From Botryllus schlosseri (taxonomy: Eukaryota), in assembly GCA_051294905.1 (NCBI GenBank), contig CM119376.1, forward strand, positions 25,234,001 through 25,298,000: a stretch of 64,000 nt of DNA, in the 5' to 3' direction. The notes beneath the pieces were generated by a model that was given only the letters and a program-made list of their open reading frames with translations, was not told the origin of the DNA and ran no database searches. A program made the translations under genes and the position numbers. Below, in pieces: positions 50,331-62,301 of the stretch (its first letter is position 1; each line of letters begins with the position of its first letter).

Positions 50331-53300
50331 GACGACCTTGTTCGGTCCTTAATAGCCTAAAGAGAGTTGGGCTTGATATGATCACCTTCCAGTCATCGGC
50401 TTCTGAAATTTTAGGGGGAAGCGAAACCGCCCACAAAACATGAAGAGGTCTGCGATCAATGAAGTTCACGAACAACTGTTGAAAATAAACTGTCCACAGC
50501 TTTGCAGGGTTGAATCAAATATAACTCGACAGAGACTTGAATTTTCATGATAATCCTATATCTGACATACGCACGGCTGGACTGGATATGTAGTCTATTG
50601 TAAAATTGGGACTGGACTGCGTCATACAGAATGCTCTGGCGTTGGACGTTTATGCCGCTCGATAGATATTAATTAATGTACAGCCCCCGCAATTAAGGGC
50701 GTTTGAATATGGACAAACTCACTGTTTAGCAGAAATTACAAAGTATCCGCTTATAAAGCGATATCATGACGGTGGCAATTGTTACTTTTAATATTCATAT
50801 AGTAAAGTTAGTGCGTCAAGAAAACTTGTCGATAATGCGTCTTCGTGGAATTGGCGTGTGAGGGATGCTTTGTAGTTATCTAAAAGCATTACCACGTAAA
50901 ACAGTTCTAGAATGATCCAGCATCCCTCGAAAGAAGTCTGATAATTTACGTCAACGTAAAGACATGAACAAAGCTTATAGCTTGGGAGTAAGTATTTTAA
51001 CCACTCCTTTATTACTGCACCAAACAATAGGCAGGAATTAGAACGTACTACGCACCGTCTCATCGAAAGTGAGGTCCTTTCGGACGTTGAACAAACGGCC
51101 GGGCAGAGCTCTTGTCGGATTGGCCGTTATCGCTCGACTCCTTGGAAACGCCTCCAGATCTTCCACTTCTTAATTGCTAAATCGTGGGCTGCTAGACTGA
51201 GTTATGATTGTGCATATGGTTTGTCACTATGTAAAATCCATTTTACAAATCAAGATCCAAAGGACTCCCTAAAAGCTGTCAAGTACACCCAGGCCAGAAG
51301 CGTGTGGGGCATAAAATTCATTGAGACTAGGCCTACTGCGTTTGAACCACACGGGGTTCATATGAATATCAGATTGAAACCCATCCACTAACTTTGAGAA
51401 TTTTGACGCAAGGTTTCAAACATATAATTATGAAATAACACAATCTTGCTAAAAATATACCTATCTTTCATCGCTAATATCGCAATATTTAAATGTTTAA
51501 ATTTCGATTTTTCTTTCTACTGCCGCTTTGACAGTCTTTCTCTAAAGCCCACCCATTCTGATATCGTCCAGTGCTATACGGGATGCAAATAATTATAATT
51601 ATTTGTGATATGAATATACAATCTACAATACGTTGTATCAAAACGGCCTAGAATGGGCTTAACGTTTAATGATACCATTAGTCCTTTATTCATCGTGTGA
51701 TTCTGCGCACATTTAAACAAATTTATACCAACTCAAAATTAATATATGGCAGAATTTTGGACAATGATGACCACCCATCTCTCTTATTAATTTTTCAGCC
51801 TTTCAGTGACACCTTATATTCGGTGTGTGTTAATATTAGTCGCCTATAGGCTGCAGGGTACAGCCCCGGTTATGATATTTATTTAATTAATTAATCATGA
51901 ACTTGCACAATGGACGTCAATTACATCATTTGATTACGCCTACTTCGTAGAACGCAATTTGATTAAAGGGCGTATTTCAGGATACTATATGATGATAATA
52001 TTTGAAGCTTTGGAGCACTATAGCCTATGCAGCATGCGGTGAATGTGCTAAGTGTGATAAGCGTCAATTCAATCTTTCATATATAACACTCCTCCTGATT
52101 TCCTTTAATCAATAGAAAATAGAACTCTCCACACATCAGATTAAAGTTAGGTACGGAAAAATTATGTAATTAGCCTATATATCGACATACCGCGTGTTTG
52201 CATGTCTAAACGCACGCGTATTCGTATACTGCTTCATATACGAATTTGAAATAGGCAATCGCAGCGTGACTTCTTCCAACCATTTTTTGTCCGTGATTCT
52301 AGTTTCAACGCTACTTATGAAAAACTTCCAGCTAATCAATTGTCCCTGTAGAAAATGAAAATTCATGTCGAGGAAAATTGTTTTGACGAATTGATTATGT
52401 CCAATTTCCATTCCCAATTCGAAATCTCCGTGCGATTGCCAGAGGAATTTTAATCTCATTCGAAAGATCGAATCACATTAACCATTAATATGCAACAGTC
52501 TCTATACAAGAAATGACCCTCATGTCAAACGCCGTTAATTCGATACCTAATCCATAGCTGTGCGAGAGAGAGCCTTCAAAATAAAGGGAGCCCTCTCCAT
52601 CACATCTTCAGGATCAGTTTTAGATCTAGAAGGAAAAAGGTTTACTGTGTTCTGTCATGAAAAACTGTGGAAGGAAACAGTCTTACTGAGTTTTTTCCAT
52701 AATGTGAGCTAATGATATAAAACACAGTGCCTAGGACATTTTATAAGGTTTCAGATAGTTGTTCCCGCGAGTTGTATATTGGAGATAGCATAACAGGTGG
52801 AGATTACTGGGATATAAGGTACTATATATGAATTATTGCAAATTAGGAGGTTGTTGCAGATACTTTCTTCGCCTATCTATATATTTCGTGTATTGCAACA
52901 TTTTTCAGTTGTATGCTGTCAATCACGAGATTTGAAATATGACTAACTCTCTGCAGAGCATCAAATTTTTACAACCCCGATGCTGCTTTATCTTATAAAC
53001 TTGTACGAAGGGAATCCAAAATTATTCACTTATATAAATCCAGATTATTTTGTATTGTATTCTATATTTTTATGTATAATATATTTTGATATAAATTGTA
53101 TTTTTGGCAAAATCATTTGAGTCAGCTGTGCAATTTCTTTAGTATGACGAATAAGGAACCGTAATAAAGGCGAATTGAAATTTCACACATAGAACCTTGC
53201 ATTGTTTTGAAGCCATAATGGTACGAGTTGTCGGACGATTATAATATATTAGAACTAAATGGAGCTTTTAGCCTATGCTTTTGGATAGGCTTATATACTT

Positions 53301-53499
53301 CATTGTGGGGATCCTAATATTACCATTTTTAGAATCATTCAAAGGACGCAAGCCTCTAGTTTAACGTTGAGTAACTAATTCTTACCAATGACTCCACCAT
53401 AACCATTGTACTTCTGTTAATAGGAAGTATTATATTGAATAGAACCATATTATATATAGAAACGGTGATCTTTATAATAGGGCGACGGCTACTTGCGAA

Positions 53500-56400
53500 A
53501 TGTATTCCAAAAAGCTTATTGACGGCCCGGAGAATTCTGAACAATGTCGCGCAGACGCTCAATACACTCATACAGAATCACAAGAATCCGATGACTGCTC
53601 TAATCCGGAATCAAACTCAGACCTGGCGAAGGATCCGTGCGACCGCGTTACCGACAATGGCGGAGAATCAATCGGTTTCACAACTTATCCCAGCGTCAAA
53701 AATGACATTTCCAACAACAAAAACACAAAATTAGAGCGATTCTCAATAGATAATATTTTGAAAACGAAATACGAAGACCCGTCAGGTGGTCGCGAAGTCG
53801 TCGATCGTGCGGCGGCCATTTTGTCGTCGCGCGTCCAGTACGAATCGAGAAGCAGGGCAGAAATGCAACCTTTCATACGCTCCTCGTCGAACTCTTCCGA
53901 CACATGCCTCGATAACTCTTCAACTCGGGCGGAAGAAGACGGGAAACTAAACCCGCCCCAATCTACCAGCGTCCCGACAGGAGAATACAGCTCTTTCCAC
54001 TCGAACTACGGCGTCTACCCTGCGTTTAACCCGTTCTCGGCGTTTTCGCACTACAAGCAAGCTCTGGAACTTGCCGGTCAGGCGGCGCGCGAGGCTTTGC
54101 CGCATAACCCGTACAATATAGCGCGGTTGCTATCGGGCTCCAGGTTGAAGATGGAAAGGAACCGGATACTGTATCCGCCGTTTCCGTCGCAGTACGGTGA
54201 GTAGGGTTGTATTTAAAACAAACATCTTCAAAACAAGGCCCTTGATTTAAAATGTTTATTATTGATTGTTTTAGTCATGACGTCACGAATATTTAGTTGT
54301 GACATCGTAGTGAATTAACATTGACAATTGAAAATTTAGGATAAATATTACTCTTTTGACGAAAAGGGCTTCCGACCATTGTCATAAATAGACCAAAAAT
54401 GTATTTAATCGGGACTATACCGTTATGCAGCATTTTTACGGTCGGCGGCAATTATCATCAGAACACCCATTCCGTACCAACGATGTATATCTTTATGCTA
54501 AAACTGTTGAATCGACGACGATTTCGAGGGTTCCAGCCACCCCATATCGTATTCGCCGACTGGGCGCAAATCGTCCGTAGGCTCATACACTACATGGTTT
54601 TTCGGACGTATTTACACAATTATGGCATGATTAGTCAACGTTTGAAAAAATAACATTTTTTAAAAGGCATTTGTTAAAACACTGTTTAAAACATGTTTTA
54701 AACAAAGTGTTTCAAAACATCGTTTGTTTTACATGCAACCGTGACGGTGAGCTACTTGGTTGGAAAAGTTCGTGAAGAGTTGCTGAACCCTCCCCCCACC
54801 CACATTACCGCATAGGCCTATATAGCAGTTATTGTTGAGCAACTTTTTCGCGTTTTTTTGTTAATCAGGTTATGGTTGCAGCTGATCACAATAATTCGAG
54901 TGAAATACTGTGAAATACATGGGTGAAATACATGGTTTGTTCAAGAAACACAAAATTATTTTTGATTTTGTGTAATTAGAGCATTTTTTATAGTTGCATA
55001 AAAGGTACATACATTGTAACATTTCAAGTAATACATCCTGCTAAACGCTAATAGAGGATTAGCAATGCAATTTCGTTTCTTATTGTAACGTGTTGTGTAG
55101 CTTACAAGCGCCGAACATAGATATCGTCTTGGTGTGCAGCTATAGCGTAGGCCTAGTTTGCAGTGACCTGTCGGACGAAGGATAACGATCACTGATCAGT
55201 TATCTAATCGCGCAAGTTCGTCAAGATGTGGAAAACCGTTGACTGAATTTACCGAACGCTAGTTTTAGCACTTCGGTTTACATCATCGATTTCATCCATG
55301 GTATGAGCGTGATCTCTTACTGCTGCTATTTTGCATCAGAGTCGGTATTAAGAATGCAATTCTGAAGTCCGAAGCTTGTTTCTGTATCGACGACATAAAC
55401 TGTTTTGCGATACTTGAGCTTTGCATGAGTTTAGCGGAAGCTTATACGCAGCTTAGTAAGGGCGCCACGCAACAGTCGAACGATATCTTTATATTCTGTA
55501 TTGAGTCCGTATTTTCAAATCATAGAATGCGCTGGGATCGACGGGTGTTTTCCGCGGTTGTCGGCGAGCGAGGAATCGGACAAAAATGAAAAGAGCTCGA
55601 AGGTTTTCGACGACAAAAACTTTTTTCTGGAAGAGATAAAGACTGAAGATGGAAATCGCGACTTCGTTTCGAGAGGCGGCAAATCGACTAAAAAGAGGAA
55701 AGCCAGAACAGCGTTCTCGGACGAACAGCTGCGTACGTTGGAGGAAAGTTTTAAAAGGAATAGGTAAGAAAACAGCAAAACCGAATCCCGCCTTTATCAA
55801 TTGAAAATATTTCTTTTGCGTGTAGCAAACAAAAATTGGTAACTCGAGAAATTATGGGGCCGTGCCGTAAATAATATCAGATTGCACAACGCTCTATAAA
55901 ATAACAATAGTACCACTTCCGGGTGCTATTCGGTGGCGTCACCAAAAATTTAGGATGGCAACTTCTCTATCAACTGAATAACATATTGGCGTTTTGTGAC
56001 ATCAGACACGCAATGATATTGTATTCAGCGAGGGCTCCCTAGCCCCATCACACTATATGTGTACCATGCACGCAAATTTCACTGCTATTTTCAACACAAT
56101 TATTAAATATGTTATCAATCTCTGCATAGGACAATTCGATACCAATCCTGGTACTAAAGAGACTGTAGTCCTACTACAGTCTGGCACGGTACCGGTACTG
56201 AAGGCCATCTCGATTATTGCGTCACCATGCTGTGGGGCACTTTTTTTGTCACTTTTTATGCCTTTGACCAATTGACTTCCTATTGACCGTTTATTTCAAT
56301 TTCGTGTGTTGCATAAATGGTTTCAAATCGCAGTACTGGCCATATGGATGTTTCTATAACATTTCACGAGTGGCGATTAGGACTGTATGTCTCATGAAAA

Positions 56401-57827
56401 ATATGCCCGAACATTGGAATTCCTATGAGATTCTATATGTGACTATTTAAACTTAAATACTGGTCACTGTTTTTAGATATTTATCAGTAGAAAAACGTCA
56501 CGAGTTGGCGAAAGTACTCGAACTCGAGGACGTCCAGGTGAAGACGTGGTACCAAAACAGACGGTTAGTTTATCTTTCTTGCCTCCGTGTGCCGCGGCGC
56601 GTTAAATTATACCATTACAACAGCAAATTAACTCCCTCGAAACGTCGGAAGCAGGGTAGGTAAACCTTCCGGACACATCTGTCGATAGTTTCGCGTATAT
56701 TTCTGTGTACTAACGATGGTCATTAGCGTCGGTTGAAGATTAGGTATGTTGAGTCGTATAGATCGTTAAAAACGCGCAATTACCTATTCTCTTGCAAAGC
56801 TATGACTATACTAATGATCGGTAAAGCGTTTTCATTCCAATTAACGGGTTTTACATCGATTTTGTGTTGTAGGACCAAGTGGAAGAGACAGACTAGCGTG
56901 GGCGTGGAGCTGTTACTCGAAAAGGGAGATTTCGCCACCGTGGAGCATTTTCTCGCCAGTCAACATCGTGAACTACCGCAAGGATTGCAGCATTTCTCGA
57001 ACCCACTATTTCCGTATTCCTACAGGACGCTGCCAGGTTAATATTAACACTAAATGGTCAATTGTTTCCTTGAAGTCATTGCAGCGTTCAGATTTAGCAG
57101 TATTTCTTTCACTTCATAGTAGCATCAATAATTTGCCAGGCATTTTGCGTACTCAAATATGGTGACCCTCACTTTAACTTACTCGCAGGCCTATAGAGGG
57201 CTGTATCGTGCAGTGCAAACGACCATTTTGCAATCGCGGTTGTATGTTTCGTCTACTTATTATCGTAGGCCCCGTGGAATTTTTACTTAGATAAGTTGAT
57301 TTTCTGAACGATTATTGTCTGAACAAATGCGATTTGAGAGTTTATAATTTGGTTCAAGAGTGACATCTCAAATCTGATTTGCCGTCTCTGTGACAATATG
57401 GCTTATTAATTCCATAATACTTCGATTTATTTCATAATTACGTATAGTAATATAAAATATCTTGTATTTATACAAGGATTTGCATACATTGATTGTTAAT
57501 CCCACGTGTGCCATGAGCAAATTAACATGCGGAAAAATTTTGGTCGACCAAAAGTCTCTATCCGTGTATGTGTCAACACTACATCGTGCTGGTGACCATG
57601 AACGATTTGGGGAGTGTCAAAACAAGCCGTTTGTGGACCTGTGACATATTCAACATTCTTTTATTCCAGGAAGCGGCTACCCCGTCATGTCGATGCTCCC
57701 GTTTCTACATCAATTCAATGGTATGAACGGACAACTACCGCATATCGGGGCTTCCCCGCGAAATCCGCAATCCGTGCAAAAATCGCCGCCCGCCAGCCCG
57801 CGACTCGCGCCAGGCGCGGAGAACTGA
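53500..57827 (+). CDS. BarH: BarH-like homeobox transcription factor, about 447 aa, 5 coding exons
   Basis: join(53500..54196,55526..55763,56477..56563,56873..57036,57670..57827) = 1344 nt, in frame, GT-AG. eh1/FIL motif FSIDNIL. Homeodomain [60 protein letters not shown] has the BarH-type T47/Y49, followed by SVGVELLLEKGDF, which resembles Barhl AVGLELLAEAGNY. The start codon and last exon are less certain. Confidence 0.9.
54202..54743. mobile_element. hAT-type MITE, 542 bp, inserted at the BarH intron-1 donor
   Basis: Ends TAGGGTTGTATTTAAAACA / TGTTTTACATGCAACCGTG. Perfect 8-bp TSD ACGGTGAG (54194-54201, 54744-54751). Confidence 0.92.
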
Positions 57828-58021
57828 TGAGTTTGCGCGAATTGTTACTGTCGAAGTTAATTTATCGGAGTAGAATCTCAATTTCTTTCTGCTTTCCAAA
57901 GAATGTCTCATAAGTGTGACATTGTTTTCCGCGAAAATTATATGTAACTATATTACTATTGCGTGTGCGATAAAATTCATCATCAGTTCGTGTTTTTATT
58001 TTGCGGCGTCTCTTTGTGACG

Positions 58022-58027
58022 AATAAA
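58022..58027 (+). terminator. Candidate polyadenylation signal of BarH
   Basis: AATAAA about 195 nt after the predicted stop. Confidence 0.5.
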
Positions 58028-59044
58028 GTACTTTGTCAAGAAATGATATTCTATAAATGAGTCGATTTACGTATTTGGCAGGCTTAGGCTAACCACGTCA
58101 CATCCCTGACACCAATCCGCTAACTTTGGGCCGAGTTTGATCTCAAATCACACCGACGCTTCTCTTCTCTCAGCCTGCTTTTTACAGTGCCAGAATTTTT
58201 ACTCAATCGCAGTGGAGTGCGTATAGTCCAATACAACAAATAGGCAAACAGGCTTCGTAATATGTTTGTTTCAATTATTCATCCAAACATTGTTTCCGAT
58301 TTAGAGCATTTAGAACCCGAGGATAAGCAGATTCCCAATCTGAATAAGATAGCAATGAAAATTTCATTAGGCAAACCTGCGTTCGAAACGATGTCATTGC
58401 AGATTTCATTTACGGTGTTTACCTAGATCAGTGGTGGCGTACCTGCGACCGTAGAAGCATAGGCCGAGCTGTGCGGCCGTCTGGCGTCTACACATAATTA
58501 AACAAGCACGTGTTGGCGGCCGTCGACATGCAAATTGAATTTACGAATTGGTTTCCAAAAAGAGTTCAATTCAACTTAATAATTTTATTCGCGCGAGTCA
58601 GAGTGACTCAATGCGTCGATTGCAATATAGTAGGCTATATTCCTTACAATCTGTTCCGCACTTCACAAATGCAAGACACTGACGAAAATGTTGAACCCGT
58701 ATAGAACTACCTATTTGGAGTCGTGTACGGATCACTAATTAAGGTTTTTCAGGTACGTTTGGGTACGATTTCAATAACTTTTCATAACAAGAATACTCTT
58801 GATTTCGGTGCATATAGTAAGCCTGCTGGGGCGTTCTATTTCTACGATTAGAAATTTTCATGAGCAAGGTATTTACCAAGCAGACAGTGATGACACAGAA
58901 CACCACAAGGCCTGTCCCCGATGTGAAGTCCCCAAGTAGCCAATTTAACATGGATATTTGGCGTCCAGTACAGGTGGTCTATTACGACTTTCGGATGTAT
59001 ACGTAATCGAAATGCGGCCGTGAATGGCAAAAAGGTTGAACACC

Positions 59045-59180
59045 CATGACCTCATCCGCGTAAGCGGTGTCTTACAAAAAGCCTAGAAGTGGGCCGTGCC
59101 TCAAGTCGGCAGTTACGAAATAAAAATGATGAATATCGGCCTGGTGTAAATGACATTGAATACCACAAAACAAACAAACC
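59045..59180 (+). repeat. Dispersed SINE-like repeat, copy D, with (AAAC)n tail
   Basis: Same core as copy A, followed by CACAAAACAAACAAACC, a retroposon-like tail. Confidence 0.8.
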
Positions 59181-59289
59181 GCTGACCTAGTTCATTCATT
59201 CGTCTAGTGTTGGTTGTTATAAATTGCAACATCACACAAACCATGAAAACAGAGTATTCCAAGAAAAGCTGTATTTGCAGGACGTAGAT

Positions 59290-60473
59290 CAAAGGTCTCA
59301 AACACGCGGCCCGCCAGAGCATTTTGTGCGGCCCGCGACGACATTTTAGATTTTTCATAATTTGACAATATATGAGAGTCACATATATCTTTTCAGGTTA
59401 TAAAGTGAAAATTCCCTCTTAAATTGCTCCGAAAGCCTGAAACTATTCATCAAACTTCACAATCGCATCAATTGCAAACGCGACCATGCAGTGGAAAATT
59501 CACTATTTCGCCACATTTCCAATTCATGATGACAAAACCTGACCCTTAGACGATTCGTGACTGAAATTTGTGAGTTGGACTTGGACGCGACCTTTCTTAG
59601 AATTACTCAGACTCGGGCTAACTCGATGGCAAAATGAAAATGACTCGAGTGGACTCGGAGTGACTCGGAATGCCGTGAATTTGTTAGAACCATGGACGCA
59701 ACAAACTAATCGTGTATCAGGGGAATAGTAATAGATCAGAAGGTCGCAGCTTGGTTTTTCGTTAACTAAGCAAGTAGTTATGGCAACCATTGGCAATCTG
59801 TCAGTTACATCTTTGATCGCTAAACCATGTTATCAAGGCCACTTAAAGGTACCGAGTACCGTAATGGTACGCTCCAACGATGTAACAACAATGGGCCGTT
59901 CGGCGTTCCGACATTTCAATCACTAGGACACATTCATTAATATATTTATATTATATTTATATTTTTTTCTTCTCCTATATTTGGCCATGAGATAAATAGC
60001 CTACTTATCAGAAGTATACCCGAATCCTGGATTGGAATTACAATGCTCAACCTAAAAATGTTTTGATATCAGATCAGTCTCTATAACCAATCTGTTAAAT
60101 TCAAAATATTCATAGTAGCTGCAAAATTATAACCCGATAGCTTTTATGATGGCATCATACATTTGTCCACCCATATGGTGTCTATATCTTATAATTATTA
60201 TTATATATCAAGTACAACAACAATTCTATTCAAATAGGAATAAATTGGTGATTCTTTTCGTGCCAGGCCTAAATTGATACAAGAGTAAATCACATTTTGA
60301 CGATGTGTGTTTACTGTCAGTCTGCTGGATCGGCTCACTTTCAATAGGACAATTCATTCCCGCCAAATAAGGCCTACTTGGAAAGACATAGAATGCCCCT
60401 ATGATGCTGCGGCCCGCGGCGTCGTCAAAGCTGGAAAACTGGCCCGCGAGCACATTTGAGTTTGAGACCTCTG
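59290..60473. mobile_element. hAT-type non-autonomous element, 1184 bp, with GCGGCCCG subterminal motifs
   Basis: TIRs CAAAGGTCTCAAAC / GTTTGAGACCTCTG. Perfect 8-bp TSD ACGTAGAT (59282-59289, 60474-60481). Degenerate GACTCG repeats at about 59570-59670 inside. Confidence 0.92.
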
Positions 60474-61612
60474 ACGTAGATCATACGTCTGCGTTAGCGC
60501 CTCAAGTATATCAGCTTGAGTGGAAACTATATGCTTTCATGTTTCGAAATATAGTGCACGTGTGAATGGTTCTCGTGAAAACCACCCCTCCCTTAAAAGA
60601 AAATGTCTGTAGTGTCAATTTACTGATATCTCCTGGTGCGCTACTGAACATTGACGCAACTGAATGCGTTTCCAAGCACTACAACACGGGGTCATGATTT
60701 GACGATTGTAGTCTCCGCAATTGTCTCGATAATTTTCGTAGATTCATATTTCTGCCGAAAATGACATAATCGGTGCGTGGCCTCTCAATCCAATATACAG
60801 TAGGTAGTCATATCTGCGCGAACTATAGCATCACTACTTTCACCGCGCACTGGATAGAAACGACAAGCCTGTCATAGAAGTCTTAACCCATCCCTACAAC
60901 AAGGAATAACCTCGCATCTCCAGCATTACATAATACTATATCTACAGGTGTTTGGCATTGCCTACTGCACAACCATTCAATCCTATCCCACGGAGATGTC
61001 CACCAAGACAACGCTTCCATTCTATGAGTATTCATTTGAATAATCGACATTTCTCGAATTAACTCCAGATATATGCATAATAAGCAGTTCATACAGAAAG
61101 AAAATGCCAACGTAAAATCAGCGAAGAAACGGGATCAAGGCTATATCAAAAAGGCGACACAAAATCTCATACACAAATATACTATCTCCACCCTGATGAC
61201 GGGGATCGATCCGAGTTCATACGAGACATTTGCTGGAACGTACACACACATACAATCATATACACTGATATTGCGTCGAAATGTTCTGCGACTAGAAACG
61301 TACACTTAAATGTTACGCAATCACCGATCAGTCACAACCGTATCGCAACAGCTCCAAGCCGACACAAGGCAGTGAGAAACAGATACAGCCGAAGAGGGCT
61401 TGCTCGCTTAGAGAAGAGCAGTACACGTTTCTGATTAGGCATGACGATAGAGAAATGGGGGAGATCTGGTTTTTTTTTCGCGTCCGAGAAATTACTACCT
61501 GCGACATTACCGCGCAGAAAACGGAACGTTTAGCGTTCAGATGAACCAACCGGCACTCGCGTTAACGAATCAGGTCCGGCAGTCACTCACAATTTCGTAG
61601 AAATAATAACAA

Positions 61613-62026
61613 TAGGGCTGAGCACAAGTCGAGTATTGGTGGCAATGATTCGAGTCGTTTAGTAAGAATCGATTTTTATACACATGATCATACGTGCCAT
61701 TCAACAAAGAACTATTTTTATCAGCCGGAAATTACCAATAAAGCCTGTAAACTTCGATTGGCTATCTAAGAATATAAAACATGTAGTACGAGCCAATCAA
61801 TGCAGAACATTAACACAAAGTGCATGTCTTTATGGTTAACAAATTAGAAAAATTCATGTTGCTATGTGTAAATGGCATTATTTTTTCACTTATTGTACGA
61901 AAGGCACATATTTGAGCTTTGAGCAGCAAACTTCATAGTGAGCTGTACTCGAATATTCAGCTAGACTCTAATCTCAATACTCGACTCGGAATCAAATCAG
62001 TGGGTACTCGATTTCACCCAGCCCTA
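61613..62026. mobile_element. hAT-type MITE, 414 bp, 110 bp downstream of the ACTR2 stop codon
   Basis: Ends TAGGGCTGAGCACAAGTCGAGTA / TACTCGATTTCACCCAGCCCTA. Perfect 8-bp TSD AATAACAA (61605-61612, 62027-62034). Confidence 0.88.
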
Positions 62027-62136
62027 AATAACAATAAGAAAGCGATACGATGCCTATTAATATTTCTCAAGCTATATGATCACAACCCGAACGGCGGCGG
62101 TACAATCACCGGCTTTGTTGATGCGTCTCGGCTTCG

Positions 62137-62301
62137 TTACTTCACGCCCATTTTCTCCAGCACCCGGGAGCCCTTCTCCATGTATTCGTCGCGGCTCATC
62201 CAGAACGATTCCTTGTCCTTCATAATGTCGGCCAGCACCGCGCCTCCCAAGAACACCATGTGCTTTCTGCGCGGCGGGTCTTCGATACGAATTTTGAATT
62301 T
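62137..62301 (-). CDS. ACTR2: Actin-related protein 2 (Arp2/3 complex), last coding exon; upstream exons not found in the window
   Basis: After the acceptor TTTTCCGTACAG: [54 protein letters not shown], matching the Arp2 C-terminus. This frame is absent from the ORF track because it lacks an early ATG. Confidence 0.93.
   Translation of the reverse strand, partial: KFKIRIEDPPRRKHMVFLGGAVLADIMKDKESFWMSRDEYMEKGSRVLEKMGVK

Noticed and set aside
54197-54751. Idea that the BarH MITE acts as an introner (creates its own precise intron)
   Set aside because: Splicing from the first GT to the AG ending the second TSD would remove the remaining donor and join the exon to intron sequence, so it does not restore the original mRNA.
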